Source: a virus | Taxonomy: Duplodnaviria; Caudoviricetes | Reading direction: 5' to 3' (one strand) | Virus record (IMG/VR): IMGVR_UViG_3300005532_000244 | Location: 1,365 to 65,364 of that record | DNA: 64,000 nucleotides | Shown here: positions 17,906 through 28,347 of the stretch, piece after piece | Layout of the letters: every line of letters begins with the position of its first letter | How positions within the stretch are numbered: the first letter of the stretch is position 1 | Position numbers and translations under genes: made by a program | The notes under the pieces: model-generated | What the model saw: only the letters and a program-made list of their open reading frames with translations | Databases searched by the model: none | What the model was told of the DNA's origin: nothing

Positions 17906-18201
17906 TGAGGCTGCGCTACTTCGCCGCCGGGACGGCCGCCGCCTACGCGGTCGCGCTGGTCGCGCTCTACTGGGCCGGCCGCAGCATCGACAACGCTGTC
18001 GCGAGCGTGTTCGGCGGATGATGAGGGTCGCGCTCTGGCTCGTAGTCGCCGAGTTCGCGCTCGTGTTCGTGATGCTCGCCGCCGGCGGTGTCAGATGAGC
18101 CGCTGGTGCCAGTGTCTCTGGGCCGTGGAGCGCTGCGACCGGTGTCCGCGGTCGAGGCTGAATCCGCGCTACTGGTGGAAGCGGCTCGCGCTATGACCGG
18201 G

Positions 18202-18411
18202 CTACGTCTCGACGTGACGCCGTTCGGCGGACAGGTCGTCGGCTGGGCGCTGCGCGATCAGCAGATGCGTGAGCCCCCACACGACGAGCAGCAGGCAGAA
18301 GAGCCCGGCGCCGGCGTACCAGCCGGTCTCGAGTCCGAGTAGCACGCAGCCGCCGATGCAGCCGACGACCACCGCGACCGCCGCGACGTCCTCGACCGCG
18401 ACCTCAACCAT
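18202..18411 (-). CDS. Small membrane protein (possible moron)
   Basis: Two hydrophobic helices; GGAGG upstream; opposite strand to late operon. Confidence 0.4.
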   Translation of the reverse strand: MVEVAVEDVAAVAVVVGCIGGCVLLGLETGWYAGAGLFCLLLVVWGLTHLLIAQRPADDLSAERRHVET

Positions 18412-18529
18412 GCGAGCGATGTCTACGCCTCCCGCGCCGGCGCCGGTTGCGCCGGCCCTTGCTCGTGCCGTGATTGCGCGGTGTTTTCGTCTTCTCGCTC
18501 CACTTGCTCACCTCGGAGAAGCGTAAGCC

Positions 18530-21500
18530 GTGGGCAGGATCTCCCAAGCGCTCGTCCCCGTCACCCGCACGCCGCGCGCTGTCACCGTGGTCGAGCAGCA
18601 GCGGTCCGCGGGCCCGATGGGCGTCGGCCTGATCAAGTGGGCGGTCGGCAACGGCCTCGCACCGCTCGATCTCGCCAAGGCCGTCGAGCGCGAAGCGGCA
18701 CGCACCACCGATATCCGCGACCTCGCCGTCCGGCTCGCCGGCCCCGACCCGACGATGGGCGCACCGTGGGCGAGCTTCGACGGCAACCGGCTGACCGGCG
18801 CGCAGATGGGGCCGGGCCAGCCGGCGACACCGTTCCCTCTGGGCGGCGACCCGCGCCAGTTCCAATACCGCGTCGGCTGGAACTACCCCTCCCCGCCCGA
18901 CACCGACCGCGGCGTCGACGGCGAGCTGCTGCGCGTCCTCGCCGACAGCTTCGACCTGCTCCGGTTGTGCATCGAGATCCGCAAGAACGACATGTGCCAC
19001 CTCGACTGGGACGTAATCCCGACCGAGAAGAACCGGTCGAAGCGCGAGCAGTGGTTGAAAGACAACGCCGGCGAGCTCGAGCAGATCAAGCAGTTCTTCG
19101 AGTGGCCCGAGGCCTACGTCACCCAGGACGCCGCCGGCCACTGGGTGCGCCGCGGCAAGGTCCGCTTCGATGTCTGGCTCGGCGCCCTGCTCGAGGACTT
19201 CTTCGTCGGCGACTGGCTGACGATCTGGCCCAGGCAGCTGCATAACGGCGCCACGGTCGCGCTTGACCGCGTCGACGGCATGAACATCAAGCCGCTGCTT
19301 GACCTCGACGGCCGCACACCGGAGCCGCCGATGCCCGCCTACCAGCACTACCTGTACGGTGTGCCGCGGGCGTCGTTCACGCTCGACGAGCTGCTCTACC
19401 GGCCGCGGACTGTCCGCAACCACACCCCGTTCGGGTTCAGCCATGTCGAGCAGATGCTCGTGCTCGTCAACCTCGCGTTGCGCTTCCAGATGTGGGAGAC
19501 GCAGGCGTACACCGAGTCGGCGCTGCCGCTCGGCCTGCTCGAGTTCCCCGAGAACTTCTCGCCCGACCAGATCGAGGCGGTCGTGGAGACGCTCAACCAG
19601 GCGATCTCGGGGCTCGCCGGGGAGCGGCAGAAGTTCCACGGCGTGCCGTCCGGGACGAAGTGGAACGCGATCAAGCCGTTCGAGTGGGACCAGTCGTTCG
19701 CGCAGTACCTCGTCGAGTACACGGCCGCGATGTTCCGGCTGAACGCGATGAAGCTCGGGTTTATGCCCGGCCGCGGCAGCGGCGGCCAGGGCCTCGGCGG
19801 CAAGGGCTTCTCCGAGCAGCAGTCCGAGAACGACGAGAACAAGTCGACGATCCCGGACGCCCGCTGGATCGAGGGGTTGATGAACGAGGTGATCCAGCGG
19901 TACTTCAACCGCACCGACGTCGAGTTCGTCTTCACCGAGCTGCAGAGCGACGACGAGCAGTCGTCGATCGACGCGGACAAGGAGGCGATCTTCGCCGGGT
20001 TGAAGTCGTGGGATCAGGCGCTCGAGGAGCGCGGCGAGGAACCGGTGGGGATCTCGGAGCCGTTCCTGATGGCGCCGAACGGGATCATCTATTCGGTCTC
20101 CGACATTCAAGCGATTCAGGATCCGGCGTCGAACAAGGAGTACGAGCGGGCGCAGGCGCCGGGGCTGCCGATCTGGTCGGACCCTGACGCGGAGCCGGAG
20201 CCGGCACCGTTCACAGCTGGTGGCCTCCACGGCGGTCCGTCCGTGCCGCCGCTGGGCTCGGGCAGCGCCGACGGCGGAGACGTGCCGCAGCGTCAGCCGT
20301 CAGGCGCGCCCGGGCAGGCCACCGACAGGTCGGGCTCGCGGGGAGCGGCGCCTCGCGAGCCCGGCTCATCGGCTACTGGAAACGCAGATGCAAGCGACCG
20401 TTCAAGTAGCGCTGCGAGTAAGGCGGAGAAGTTCGACACGACCTCCGGCTTCCAGCCGCGGCCGACGCTCGACCCGCGCGGCGTGCAGGACGAGCTCCGC
20501 CGCTGGAAGCGCAAGAGCGTCAAGGCGTGGCGGAACGGCAAGCGCGACGTCGCCTTCGACACCGAGATCGTGCCGGAGACGCTGAAGGCGGAGCTGCTCG
20601 GCGAGCTCGCGAAGGCCGACGACGTGCTCGACGTCCGCGTCGCGTTCGACCATGCGATCGAGAAGGCCGCCGACATGAAGCATCCGATGGGGCAGGCCGG
20701 GCTCGAGTGGGCGAACTACCGGCACGCCGAGGAGCTCGAGCGCTCGTGCGGCACCTGCGCGTTCTTCCACCGTCAAGACGGCGGCCTCTCGACGTGCTCC
20801 ATGTTCGACGTGCTCGTCGACGGCGACTTCACGTGCGAGGAGTGGCGCGGCCGCGTTTCGCAAAAAGATTCGCGTAACTCCGAGACGACGCACGCCGGCC
20901 TCGTCGTACGCGCCGCCGACACCGGCCGCGTGCTCATGCTGCAGCGCTCGATCAAGGACGAAGCCGACCCCGCGCGCGGCACCTGGGAGTTCCCCGGCGG
21001 CGGCCTCGAGCCCGGCGAGACGCCGCTCGAGGGCGCGATCCGCGAGTGGCAGGAAGAGACCGGCGTGCAGCTGCCGCCGGGAACGTTGCACGGCTCCTGG
21101 AAGAACGGCATCTACGAGGGCCACGTCTACGTCGTCCCGTCCGAGCAGGACGTGCCGTTGAACGTCGACGCGGAGAACCGCACGGTCGCGAACCCCGACG
21201 ATCCCGACGGCGACGACGCGGAGACGCTCGCCTGGTGGGCGCCCTCAGAGGCGCGCACGAACCCGGCGCTACGGCCCGAGTGCGAACTGTGCGACTGGGA
21301 CATGATCGACGGCGCCGTGCCGGGCGCGCAGTTCAAGCTCGCCGGTGTCCTCGTCGACCTCGCGAAAGCCGCTGCGCCGTCCGACGGCGACACCGACCGG
21401 GAGAAGCGGATCAAGCAGCTCGCCGCGGTCGCCGGCGCAGCGCTCGCAAGCCATGCGGTCGGCGTCTACGGGCAGAAGGTCAAGCTCGGCCGGCAGACCA

Positions 21501-22198
21501 ACGACCTCGTCGGCAAACTCGAAGACCACTACCGGTCAGCGCTCGAAGCTGGCTCAGGCGACGCCGCGAGCGCGCACCGGATCGACACGCTCGACCAGAA
21601 CACGATCAACGCGATCGCCCGCCAGCGCGCGGAAGCGCAGCGGCCCGCCGCACGCACCCTCGTCGAGCAGGCAGCGAAAACCGGGAGCGTGAAGCCGCAG
21701 GCGATCAACGCGCTCGCCCGCGGCGCGAAGGCCGCCTACGAGGAAGGCTTCGGTCGCACCGTCACCCAGGCAGCACCCGACGCGCTCGCGGTGTGGCGGA
21801 CGCTCGCGACCGACCCGTGCCAGCCGTGCGAGGAACGCGACGGGCAGGTGTTCACGCTCAACGAGCTGCCGGGCTGGCCCGGCGACGGCGACTTCGGCGG
21901 CGATCTATGCGAAGGCGGCCCGAACGACCGCTGCGAGCTCGAGTGGCGGATGCCGGCGGAGGAGCCCGACGAGGAATACGTGGCGACCGCGGAGCTTGAG
22001 AAGACCGACGCCGCGGTACCGGTGGCGCCATCCGCGGGCGAGCATTTCGCTGAGCGTGTCGTCGGCGCGCTTGAGCGGCTCGCCGACAAACCAGCGGAAG
22101 AGCACCACCACCACGTGACCGTCGAGCAGCCGCCGCGCGGACCTGTCCGCGTCGAGAAGACCAGGGACGGGATGCGGCTGATCCCGGAGGAGGACTGA
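18530..22198 (+). CDS. Portal protein fused to Cys-rich, NUDIX and MuF-like domains
   Basis: Portal-like N-half (RPRTVRNHTPFGFSHVEQ); NUDIX box GGGLEPGETPLEGAIREWQEETG; MuF-like CQPCEERDG...PNDRC. Confidence 0.9.
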   Translation: MGRISQALVPVTRTPRAVTVVEQQRSAGPMGVGLIKWAVGNGLAPLDLAKAVEREAARTTDIRDLAVRLAGPDPTMGAPWASFDGNRLTGAQMGPGQPATPFPLGGDPRQFQYRVGWNYPSPPDTDRGVDGELLRVLADSFDLLRLCIEIRKNDMCHLDWDVIPTEKNRSKREQWLKDNAGELEQIKQFFEWPEAYVTQDAAGHWVRRGKVRFDVWLGALLEDFFVGDWLTIWPRQLHNGATVALDRVDGMNIKPLLDLDGRTPEPPMPAYQHYLYGVPRASFTLDELLYRPRTVRNHTPFGFSHVEQMLVLVNLALRFQMWETQAYTESALPLGLLEFPENFSPDQIEAVVETLNQAISGLAGERQKFHGVPSGTKWNAIKPFEWDQSFAQYLVEYTAAMFRLNAMKLGFMPGRGSGGQGLGGKGFSEQQSENDENKSTIPDARWIEGLMNEVIQRYFNRTDVEFVFTELQSDDEQSSIDADKEAIFAGLKSWDQALEERGEEPVGISEPFLMAPNGIIYSVSDIQAIQDPASNKEYERAQAPGLPIWSDPDAEPEPAPFTAGGLHGGPSVPPLGSGSADGGDVPQRQPSGAPGQATDRSGSRGAAPREPGSSATGNADASDRSSSAASKAEKFDTTSGFQPRPTLDPRGVQDELRRWKRKSVKAWRNGKRDVAFDTEIVPETLKAELLGELAKADDVLDVRVAFDHAIEKAADMKHPMGQAGLEWANYRHAEELERSCGTCAFFHRQDGGLSTCSMFDVLVDGDFTCEEWRGRVSQKDSRNSETTHAGLVVRAADTGRVLMLQRSIKDEADPARGTWEFPGGGLEPGETPLEGAIREWQEETGVQLPPGTLHGSWKNGIYEGHVYVVPSEQDVPLNVDAENRTVANPDDPDGDDAETLAWWAPSEARTNPALRPECELCDWDMIDGAVPGAQFKLAGVLVDLAKAAAPSDGDTDREKRIKQLAAVAGAALASHAVGVYGQKVKLGRQTNDLVGKLEDHYRSALEAGSGDAASAHRIDTLDQNTINAIARQRAEAQRPAARTLVEQAAKTGSVKPQAINALARGAKAAYEEGFGRTVTQAAPDALAVWRTLATDPCQPCEERDGQVFTLNELPGWPGDGDFGGDLCEGGPNDRCELEWRMPAEEPDEEYVATAELEKTDAAVPVAPSAGEHFAERVVGALERLADKPAEEHHHHVTVEQPPRGPVRVEKTRDGMRLIPEED

Positions 22199-22199
22199 G

Positions 22200-22652
22200 A
22201 TGGCGGCATCCGCACGCGCCTACGGCAACATGCTCGCGAAGGTGTTCGGGTCGACGTCCACCGACAAGGTCGACTGGGTCAACGACACGATCATGGTCGG
22301 CCTGCTCGGCGCCGGCTACACCCCGAACGTCGACACCCACATCTACTGGTCCGACGTAAGCGCGAACGAGATCGCCGCCGGCGGCGGGTACGCCTCCGGC
22401 GGACTCGCGCTCGCAGGTAAGAGCATCGTCTACGACTCCTCCGCGCACACGGTCCGGCTGAAGGCGGGCACGTCACAGTGGCTGACCTCGACGATCTCCT
22501 ACCGGTACGCGGCGATCTACAAGAGCACCGGCACCGGGTCGACGTCGCTGCTGCTCGGCTACTTCGACCCGGGCGGCACCGAGCAAGACACCGGCGGCAC
22601 CCTCTCAATCGTCTGGGACGCGACCAACGGAATCTTCGCATTCGCGGTCTGA
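22200..22652 (+). CDS. Small fibre-type virion subunit
   Basis: DWVNDTIMVGLL...SDVSANEIAAGGGYASGG...GTLSIVWDATNGIF pattern of phage fibre subunits. Confidence 0.7.
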   Translation: MAASARAYGNMLAKVFGSTSTDKVDWVNDTIMVGLLGAGYTPNVDTHIYWSDVSANEIAAGGGYASGGLALAGKSIVYDSSAHTVRLKAGTSQWLTSTISYRYAAIYKSTGTGSTSLLLGYFDPGGTEQDTGGTLSIVWDATNGIFAFAV

Positions 22653-22655
22653 GCT

Positions 22656-23207
22656 GTGAAACAGACTTTCGAAGCCCCAGAGGCGTACCCGCCGCTCGCG
22701 AACCTCGCCGCGGTCACCGGTGTCACCGCGGAGACGAACCTGTGGACGCCGGCGCAGTGGACGCCGATCCCAGCGAACTACGCGTCGGCGGGGCAGCAGT
22801 GGATCATCGACGCGTTCGGCGTGCTCACCTATCCGTCGTCGACGCCGGGAACGACCGCGTTCACCGCGAGGATCGGCACCTCGTCGACGCCGAGCTCGAA
22901 CACGATCCTCGGCGCCGCGTCCACAGCGGCGGCCGGCACGACGCAGACCGGCGTGCAGTGGCAGCTGAAGGGTCTGCTCACCATCCGCACGGTCGGGCTG
23001 CCCGGCGCGAACTCGACCGTGATCTTCCAAGGACACTTCGAGTGTCCGCTCGGCCTGCAGGCGGCCGGCTCCTCCGGCGGGGTGATCTTCGGTGGCACCG
23101 CGACCGTCGACCTGTCCGTCGCGCAGGGCCTCGCGATCTCGGTGACGCCGTCGGTGACCGGCCAGTCGTTCACGCCGCAGATGATCGCGTGGAGGTCGCT
23201 CGGATGA
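22656..23207 (+). CDS. Beta-rich virion protein
   Basis: Thr/Gly/Ser-rich ORF coupled within late operon. Confidence 0.65.
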   Translation: MKQTFEAPEAYPPLANLAAVTGVTAETNLWTPAQWTPIPANYASAGQQWIIDAFGVLTYPSSTPGTTAFTARIGTSSTPSSNTILGAASTAAAGTTQTGVQWQLKGLLTIRTVGLPGANSTVIFQGHFECPLGLQAAGSSGGVIFGGTATVDLSVAQGLAISVTPSVTGQSFTPQMIAWRSLG

Positions 23208-23992
23208 TCCGCGGCACCGGCTTCCACCGCCCTTACGGGGCGCGCGCGCTCGCCGCGACCCGCGCGACCCTGCCGGTCGACAACCTGGTCGACTTCACTG
23301 GGATCACCGCGACGGTCGCCGCGGCCGCGGTCGTCCCCGCCGTCGAGACCGACGCCGCCGCCGCCGCTGCCGCGGCCGCCGTCTCGGGGCCGGTCGCGAC
23401 CCCCGAAGTCGACGCGGCCGCGGCGGCCGCCGCCGTGACCGTCTCAGGGAAGGTTGCAACGCCGCAGAACGCCGTCTCCGCCCCGGCAGCCCCGGTGGCC
23501 GTGTCGTTCGCCGCACCGACGGCTGAGCAGGACGCGGCGGCTCCTGTCGCCACGATCCAAGTCAGCCTCCGTCTGCCAACGGCCGAGGTGGACTGGGCGG
23601 CGATCGCGGCGCAGACGGTGCTGAGCGTGCAGCTGCCGGTGCCGCTGATCGTGCTGCCCGCGCCGCCGTCACCGGTCGAGGCGCAGGCACCGACACCGGT
23701 GGCCGAAGCCGACACCGCCGCCCCGGTGGCGCCCGTCACGGCGACCGCCCCGGCGGCGACAGCCGCCGTCGATGCTGCCGCACCCGCAGCGGCGGTGCAG
23801 GCCTCGGCGGCACAGCCTGCGTTCTCGCCCGCGCCCGTCACCGACGCGGCACCCGCTGCCGAACCGGCACCGCCGGTCGGCGCGCCGTCGGGTGGCCGCT
23901 CGAGCACCCCGAACTCGGCGCACGCCTGGTCGGGTGAGGACGACGACGCCGTAGCAGCGCTGCTCGCCGCGCACGCGTTCGAGCTCGTCTAG
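23204..23992 (+). CDS. Ala/Pro/Val-rich protein with nine 20-aa repeats
   Basis: ATG 23204; 60-bp periodicity over 23291-23830. Confidence 0.75.
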   Translation: MIRGTGFHRPYGARALAATRATLPVDNLVDFTGITATVAAAAVVPAVETDAAAAAAAAAVSGPVATPEVDAAAAAAAVTVSGKVATPQNAVSAPAAPVAVSFAAPTAEQDAAAPVATIQVSLRLPTAEVDWAAIAAQTVLSVQLPVPLIVLPAPPSPVEAQAPTPVAEADTAAPVAPVTATAPAATAAVDAAAPAAAVQASAAQPAFSPAPVTDAAPAAEPAPPVGAPSGGRSSTPNSAHAWSGEDDDAVAALLAAHAFELV

Positions 23993-24028
23993 CCGCCGCA
24001 CCGTCTCTCTACTCACAAGGAGCACGAA

Positions 24029-24892
24029 ATGCTTGACGCACCCCAGGGCGCGAAACTCGTCGCGTTCAACGCCGTCGTCACCCGCGCCGACGGCCGCCGC
24101 GAGAACCTCGGCCTGATCGACCACTCGCACGCGTGGCTGTTCACCGAGAACGAGCTGCGCTCCATGTGCCACGCCGCCGAGCACCTCGAGAACCTGCTCA
24201 ACCTCCGCAAGCTGCACGAGCCGGGCGCGGTCGTCGTGCCGACGTTCGACAAGCAGGTCTTCTCCGCCCGCATGATCGGCTCCTCGCCGACGCTCGCGGA
24301 GCCGCTGAACATCGGCTTCGGCCAGGGCGACCCGGCCGGCACCCGCGTCACCGCGCTCACCTCGGACAAGGGCCTCGCCGGCGAGATCGTCGCGAACGGC
24401 TCCCAGTCCACCCGCGTCGTCGGCACGAGCTCGCAGCAGACGACGACGAACACGAACGACACCTACCAGGTGATCGGCACGATCACCTGCAACCTCGTCG
24501 GCGGCCTGCAGATCGTCGAGGCCGGCATGTTCTCGAGCTCGGCGTTCCCGGCGCAGACGACCGTCGCGACGCAGGGCGTGCTCTCGGGCACCAGCGGCGG
24601 CACGTTCACCGTCGCCTCAGCGACGGGCTTCCCCGGCTCGGGCAACTACGACATCCAGATCGACCAGGAGGTCCTGACCGTCACGAGCGGGCAGGGCACG
24701 ACGACCTGGACGATCACCCGCGGCGTGAACGGCTCGACGGCGGCCGCGCACTCGGTCGGCGCCTACGTGACGAACGCGAACGCGACCGGCACCGGCCTCT
24801 CCGGCTACATGGCCGCGAAGGGCGACTTCGCGCTGATCACGCTCGCCCAGAACGACACCCTGCAGCTCACGGCTTCGATTCAGTTCACGTAG
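24029..24892 (+). CDS. Fibre/collar-type virion subunit with inserted beta module
   Basis: AAGGAG RBS; NIGFGQG...IVEAGMF...ITLAQNDTLQLT. Confidence 0.75.
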   Translation: MLDAPQGAKLVAFNAVVTRADGRRENLGLIDHSHAWLFTENELRSMCHAAEHLENLLNLRKLHEPGAVVVPTFDKQVFSARMIGSSPTLAEPLNIGFGQGDPAGTRVTALTSDKGLAGEIVANGSQSTRVVGTSSQQTTTNTNDTYQVIGTITCNLVGGLQIVEAGMFSSSAFPAQTTVATQGVLSGTSGGTFTVASATGFPGSGNYDIQIDQEVLTVTSGQGTTTWTITRGVNGSTAAAHSVGAYVTNANATGTGLSGYMAAKGDFALITLAQNDTLQLTASIQFT

Positions 24893-24932
24893 CCGACGCT
24901 GGCAACGCCCGAACGGCGTTCGCTCCTCTCCG

Positions 24933-25337
24933 ATGAGACCTGTACCTCGCATCGTTGCCGTCTGCCAGGGCGGCGAGCTGGACGGGCTGCGGTTCTCCGT
25001 TGCTCTCGACGAGCACGGGGCGCCGCGCCCGTTCACTGTGCACGGCCCGGCCGGCGAGGTCACGTATGTGCCGACCGGCGAGCTCGACCTCGCCGACGCG
25101 CACGCAGGGTCGGTCGAGGTGGAACGTCGTATGCACGAGCAGCGTGGCCGGCGCGTACCGCGGACACGGATCGGCCGCACGATCTCCCACCTCCGGAAGC
25201 CGTGGGCGGTCGAGCGGCACAAGCACCCGGTCTTCCACGGCTTCGAGCTGCACCTGCCGGAGCTGCGTGACGAGCACGGGATCGTTCGGGGCCACCACTT
25301 CCTCGGCGTCTGGATCTACCGCGAAGAGACGGACTGA
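24933..25337 (+). CDS. Hypothetical protein
   Basis: ORF coupled (TGATG) to next gene. Confidence 0.55.
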   Translation: MRPVPRIVAVCQGGELDGLRFSVALDEHGAPRPFTVHGPAGEVTYVPTGELDLADAHAGSVEVERRMHEQRGRRVPRTRIGRTISHLRKPWAVERHKHPVFHGFELHLPELRDEHGIVRGHHFLGVWIYREETD

Positions 25338-25726
25338 TGTCTGACAATCTGAACCTCCGCGACGCGAACGGGCAGGCGTTCCAGCTCCGCACGAAAGACC
25401 TGTCCGGGTCGGGGCTGCACGCGTACTTCTCGATGGTCGTGACGGCGGTCCCGACCCCGGTCGGGACCGCGCAGACGGTTGCGTTGTCGACGACCGCTGA
25501 CACGACGATCGTCGTTCCGGCGGGCGGCACGCACGCCCAGTTGACCGTCGACTCGGGCGGCGGCGACATGCGCTACTGGGAGAACGGCACCTCGCCGTCG
25601 GCGACGGCGGGCTGGGACGTTCCGGCCGGCAACGCGGCCGAGTTGACGAATCTCGCGAACGTGAAGATGCGGTCGACGTCGGGGACGCCGAACGTGCAGT
25701 ACGCGTGTAGGCGGTACGACCAGTGA
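25337..25726 (+). CDS. Beta-rich virion protein
   Basis: MRYWENGTSPSATAG motif typical of small phage decoration/fibre proteins. Confidence 0.65.
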   Translation: MSDNLNLRDANGQAFQLRTKDLSGSGLHAYFSMVVTAVPTPVGTAQTVALSTTADTTIVVPAGGTHAQLTVDSGGGDMRYWENGTSPSATAGWDVPAGNAAELTNLANVKMRSTSGTPNVQYACRRYDQ

Positions 25727-27510
25727 TCTTTCGGCGCCGGTTCGGGGCGACGTTGGTCGCGATCGCTGTGGGGCTTGGGGTTGCGGGCGGCGTCGGCGGC
25801 GGCGTCGTGCTGTTCAATCCGCAGCCGGCCGCCGCTGCTGTGACGGCAAATCTCTTCGCCGTCGCGCCCGGGGCAGGTGTCGGCACAGCCAACTGTGCAG
25901 GCGACGCGACCGCGCGCACGTATGCGTACGCGCTCGCGAACGAGCCGAACATGATCTGCGCGTATGGGACGCGCGCCGATCTCGGCTACTCAGCAACCTC
26001 GTGGGACAACGCGTGCAAGGCGGCGTCGCTGATCAATACGACCGGGTTGACCGTCGGTGTTGAGCCGGGGAACTACACACGCGAGTCGAGCGACGGCGAC
26101 TTCATGAAGTCGACCGATTGCTCCGGCGGCAAAGGCGCGGCCGTCAACCCGAACTGCGGCGAGCAGGTGCCTACCTGTGCGGGCACCGGCACGACCGCCG
26201 CCTGGATCAAATACGTCCCCGCAAGCTCAACCGCCTGCCCGAATGTGCATTGGGTGGAGGACAGCCCGACCGCGCAGTCGGCCGGTTTCTTCTTCTTCAA
26301 CCAGCAGTTCCACATCGTCATCCAGGGGTCGTGCTTCGACCTCGACTCGACCCTCCTCTACTACAGCCTCTCCGGTGTAGCTGGCGAGATCCAAGTCGTC
26401 GGCGACTCGCCGACGAACCCGATGCACCTGTACGGCATCGAGTTGAAAGGCCCGAAGGATGTTCTCTTCAAGAACATCAACTACGGGCCCAACATCCAGT
26501 GCGGCAAGAACGACCCGAACGTGCCGGCCGCACTACGGTGCGACCCGAACGGGCCGCAGTTCGAGGCGAAGCTCGCGAGCATGGGCACCGCGACCTCGTC
26601 GTGCAGCGCGAACAACACCGCAGCCTGCGGCGGCTTCTTCGTCAACGAGCAGTTCGTTGAGCCGTTCTTCCACCAGGGCCAGTTCAGCTTCGACGGCAGC
26701 ACGCTGTACGAGAACGTCCGCATCCAAAACTTCATGGTCCACGACGCGCAGAGCACGGGCGTCGGCTCCGGGTTCCATCCGGGCTGCTTCATGTTCGACG
26801 GCGTCAACGGCGACTCGTCGCGGGCAGCAACACTCGGCAACATCATCTTCGACCACGTCTCCTGCGAACGGCAGACCGGCGAGGGCTGGCAGCTCCAGGA
26901 CGGCGGGGTGATCGTCGAGAACTCGTACTTCTCGTGTCCGACCTATTCGGTCGGCGACGCGAGCGCGAACCCGACGGGGAAGTGGGATCTGTGCAACCCG
27001 GCGAAGGCGGCGCTGGGACTCGGCTGCAAGACATCAACGCAGAACGGCTGCACCCAGACGAACGTGCTGATCCGGTATGACACCTTCGATTGCGGCAACT
27101 CGGCGTGTGTGCGCGTGCCGACATGGTCCGACGGCGGCTTCGGCAACTACAGCAGCGTTCGCTTCGTCGCCGACATCTTCATGAACTCGCTCACCGGGAA
27201 CGCTGGCGCGCCCTGCTCGATCACCGGGGTGACGTTCTCGACCAACGCGTACGCGCCCGGTGTGTCTCAGTGCGGGTCGGGGAACACGACTCTCAGCTCC
27301 GGAGACCCGTTCACGCAGTCGAGTATTGCTACGCCGGGCGATTCGTGGTCGGCGTCGGCGCTGCTGAATTTGCATCTCGCGAGCAACAGCGCCGGTGCAT
27401 CGGTGCCGACGGTGAATCCGGCGGTGCTCGGCAGCGATTACCAGGTCGACCATGACGCGGATGGCAACCCTCGCGGGTCAACCTCTACGCACGTCGGGGC
27501 ATACAACTAG
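25723..27510 (+). CDS. Secreted Cys-rich protein, beta-helix/carbohydrate-active-like
   Basis: Signal peptide MIFRRRFG...AAAA; many Cys; repeated NVRIQNFMVHD/NIIFDHVSC/NVLIRYDTF strands. Confidence 0.7.
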   Translation: MIFRRRFGATLVAIAVGLGVAGGVGGGVVLFNPQPAAAAVTANLFAVAPGAGVGTANCAGDATARTYAYALANEPNMICAYGTRADLGYSATSWDNACKAASLINTTGLTVGVEPGNYTRESSDGDFMKSTDCSGGKGAAVNPNCGEQVPTCAGTGTTAAWIKYVPASSTACPNVHWVEDSPTAQSAGFFFFNQQFHIVIQGSCFDLDSTLLYYSLSGVAGEIQVVGDSPTNPMHLYGIELKGPKDVLFKNINYGPNIQCGKNDPNVPAALRCDPNGPQFEAKLASMGTATSSCSANNTAACGGFFVNEQFVEPFFHQGQFSFDGSTLYENVRIQNFMVHDAQSTGVGSGFHPGCFMFDGVNGDSSRAATLGNIIFDHVSCERQTGEGWQLQDGGVIVENSYFSCPTYSVGDASANPTGKWDLCNPAKAALGLGCKTSTQNGCTQTNVLIRYDTFDCGNSACVRVPTWSDGGFGNYSSVRFVADIFMNSLTGNAGAPCSITGVTFSTNAYAPGVSQCGSGNTTLSSGDPFTQSSIATPGDSWSASALLNLHLASNSAGASVPTVNPAVLGSDYQVDHDADGNPRGSTSTHVGAYN

Positions 27511-27517
27511 TAGCTAG

Positions 27518-28285
27518 CTAGTGCTTCGTCGCGATGTACAAGAACCGTCCCTCACTGCCGAGCCCATACCGCCCGACCTCCTCGTGGCTGAACGCCGCGA
27601 GATAGTCACGCCTGCGGACCTCGAATCCGGCAGCGCGCACCCGGTCAGAGAAGTCAGCGCCGTAGACGCGAACATGGTCTGTCGCACCGAACGCTTGCAG
27701 TCGCTTTCGCGGGTCGGTGATCGTCGGATCCTCAAACGTTGCTGGCTGGTCTTCGTGGACGGGATGCGGCAGGATCGCCTGTCCGCCTGGTCGCAGTACG
27801 CGGTGCATCTCGGCGAGAGCGGCCGCGTCGTCTTCGACGTGCTCAAGGACGTGGCTACAGATGACAAGGTCGAACGAGCCGGAGTCGAACGGCATCGCCG
27901 TGACGTCGCCGACGATTGCGCCCTCATAGGCGGGGCTCGCATCCATCGAGACGTAGCGATCGCCGACGAGCCTGGAGAGCCGTTCCCGCAGGCCGTCTTC
28001 CGGAGCAATGTGCAGCACGTCCAAGGTTCCGGTAGTGACTGCGGTGTCGTTTCGGAGGTAGAGCGCAAGCAGCCGGTGGCGCTGCAGGCCGAGGCAGTTC
28101 GGGCAGAGCGAGTCGACGCCGTGCCGCGGGATGAAGCCTCGGAATGTGTGGTCGCAGCAGGGGCATTCGACCGTGACGCCCCGGTAGAGCACGGGCAGTG
28201 TTGCTTTGGCGACTCGGCGCACGCTGGGGCTGTAGGTGAAGAGCAGCGCTGGCAGACGCGAGTCTGTCTTCGCGAAGACCGGCAC
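27518..28285 (-). CDS. Class I SAM-dependent methyltransferase
   Basis: CPCC..CPNC, VLHIAPE, SFDLVICSHVLEHV, RVLRPGG, DHVRVYG. Confidence 0.88.
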   Translation of the reverse strand: MPVFAKTDSRLPALLFTYSPSVRRVAKATLPVLYRGVTVECPCCDHTFRGFIPRHGVDSLCPNCLGLQRHRLLALYLRNDTAVTTGTLDVLHIAPEDGLRERLSRLVGDRYVSMDASPAYEGAIVGDVTAMPFDSGSFDLVICSHVLEHVEDDAAALAEMHRVLRPGGQAILPHPVHEDQPATFEDPTITDPRKRLQAFGATDHVRVYGADFSDRVRAAGFEVRRRDYLAAFSHEEVGRYGLGSEGRFLYIATKH

Positions 28286-28347
28286 GGCGTTGATCCTTTC
28301 GGTCTTCGTGGGCCGCTGTCAACCCGCCATGAGGATAGGAGACGGGC

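Noticed and set aside
27506-28347. Invertible segment around the reverse-oriented methyltransferase
   Set aside because: No flanking inverted repeats seen by eye; moron insertion is the simpler explanation
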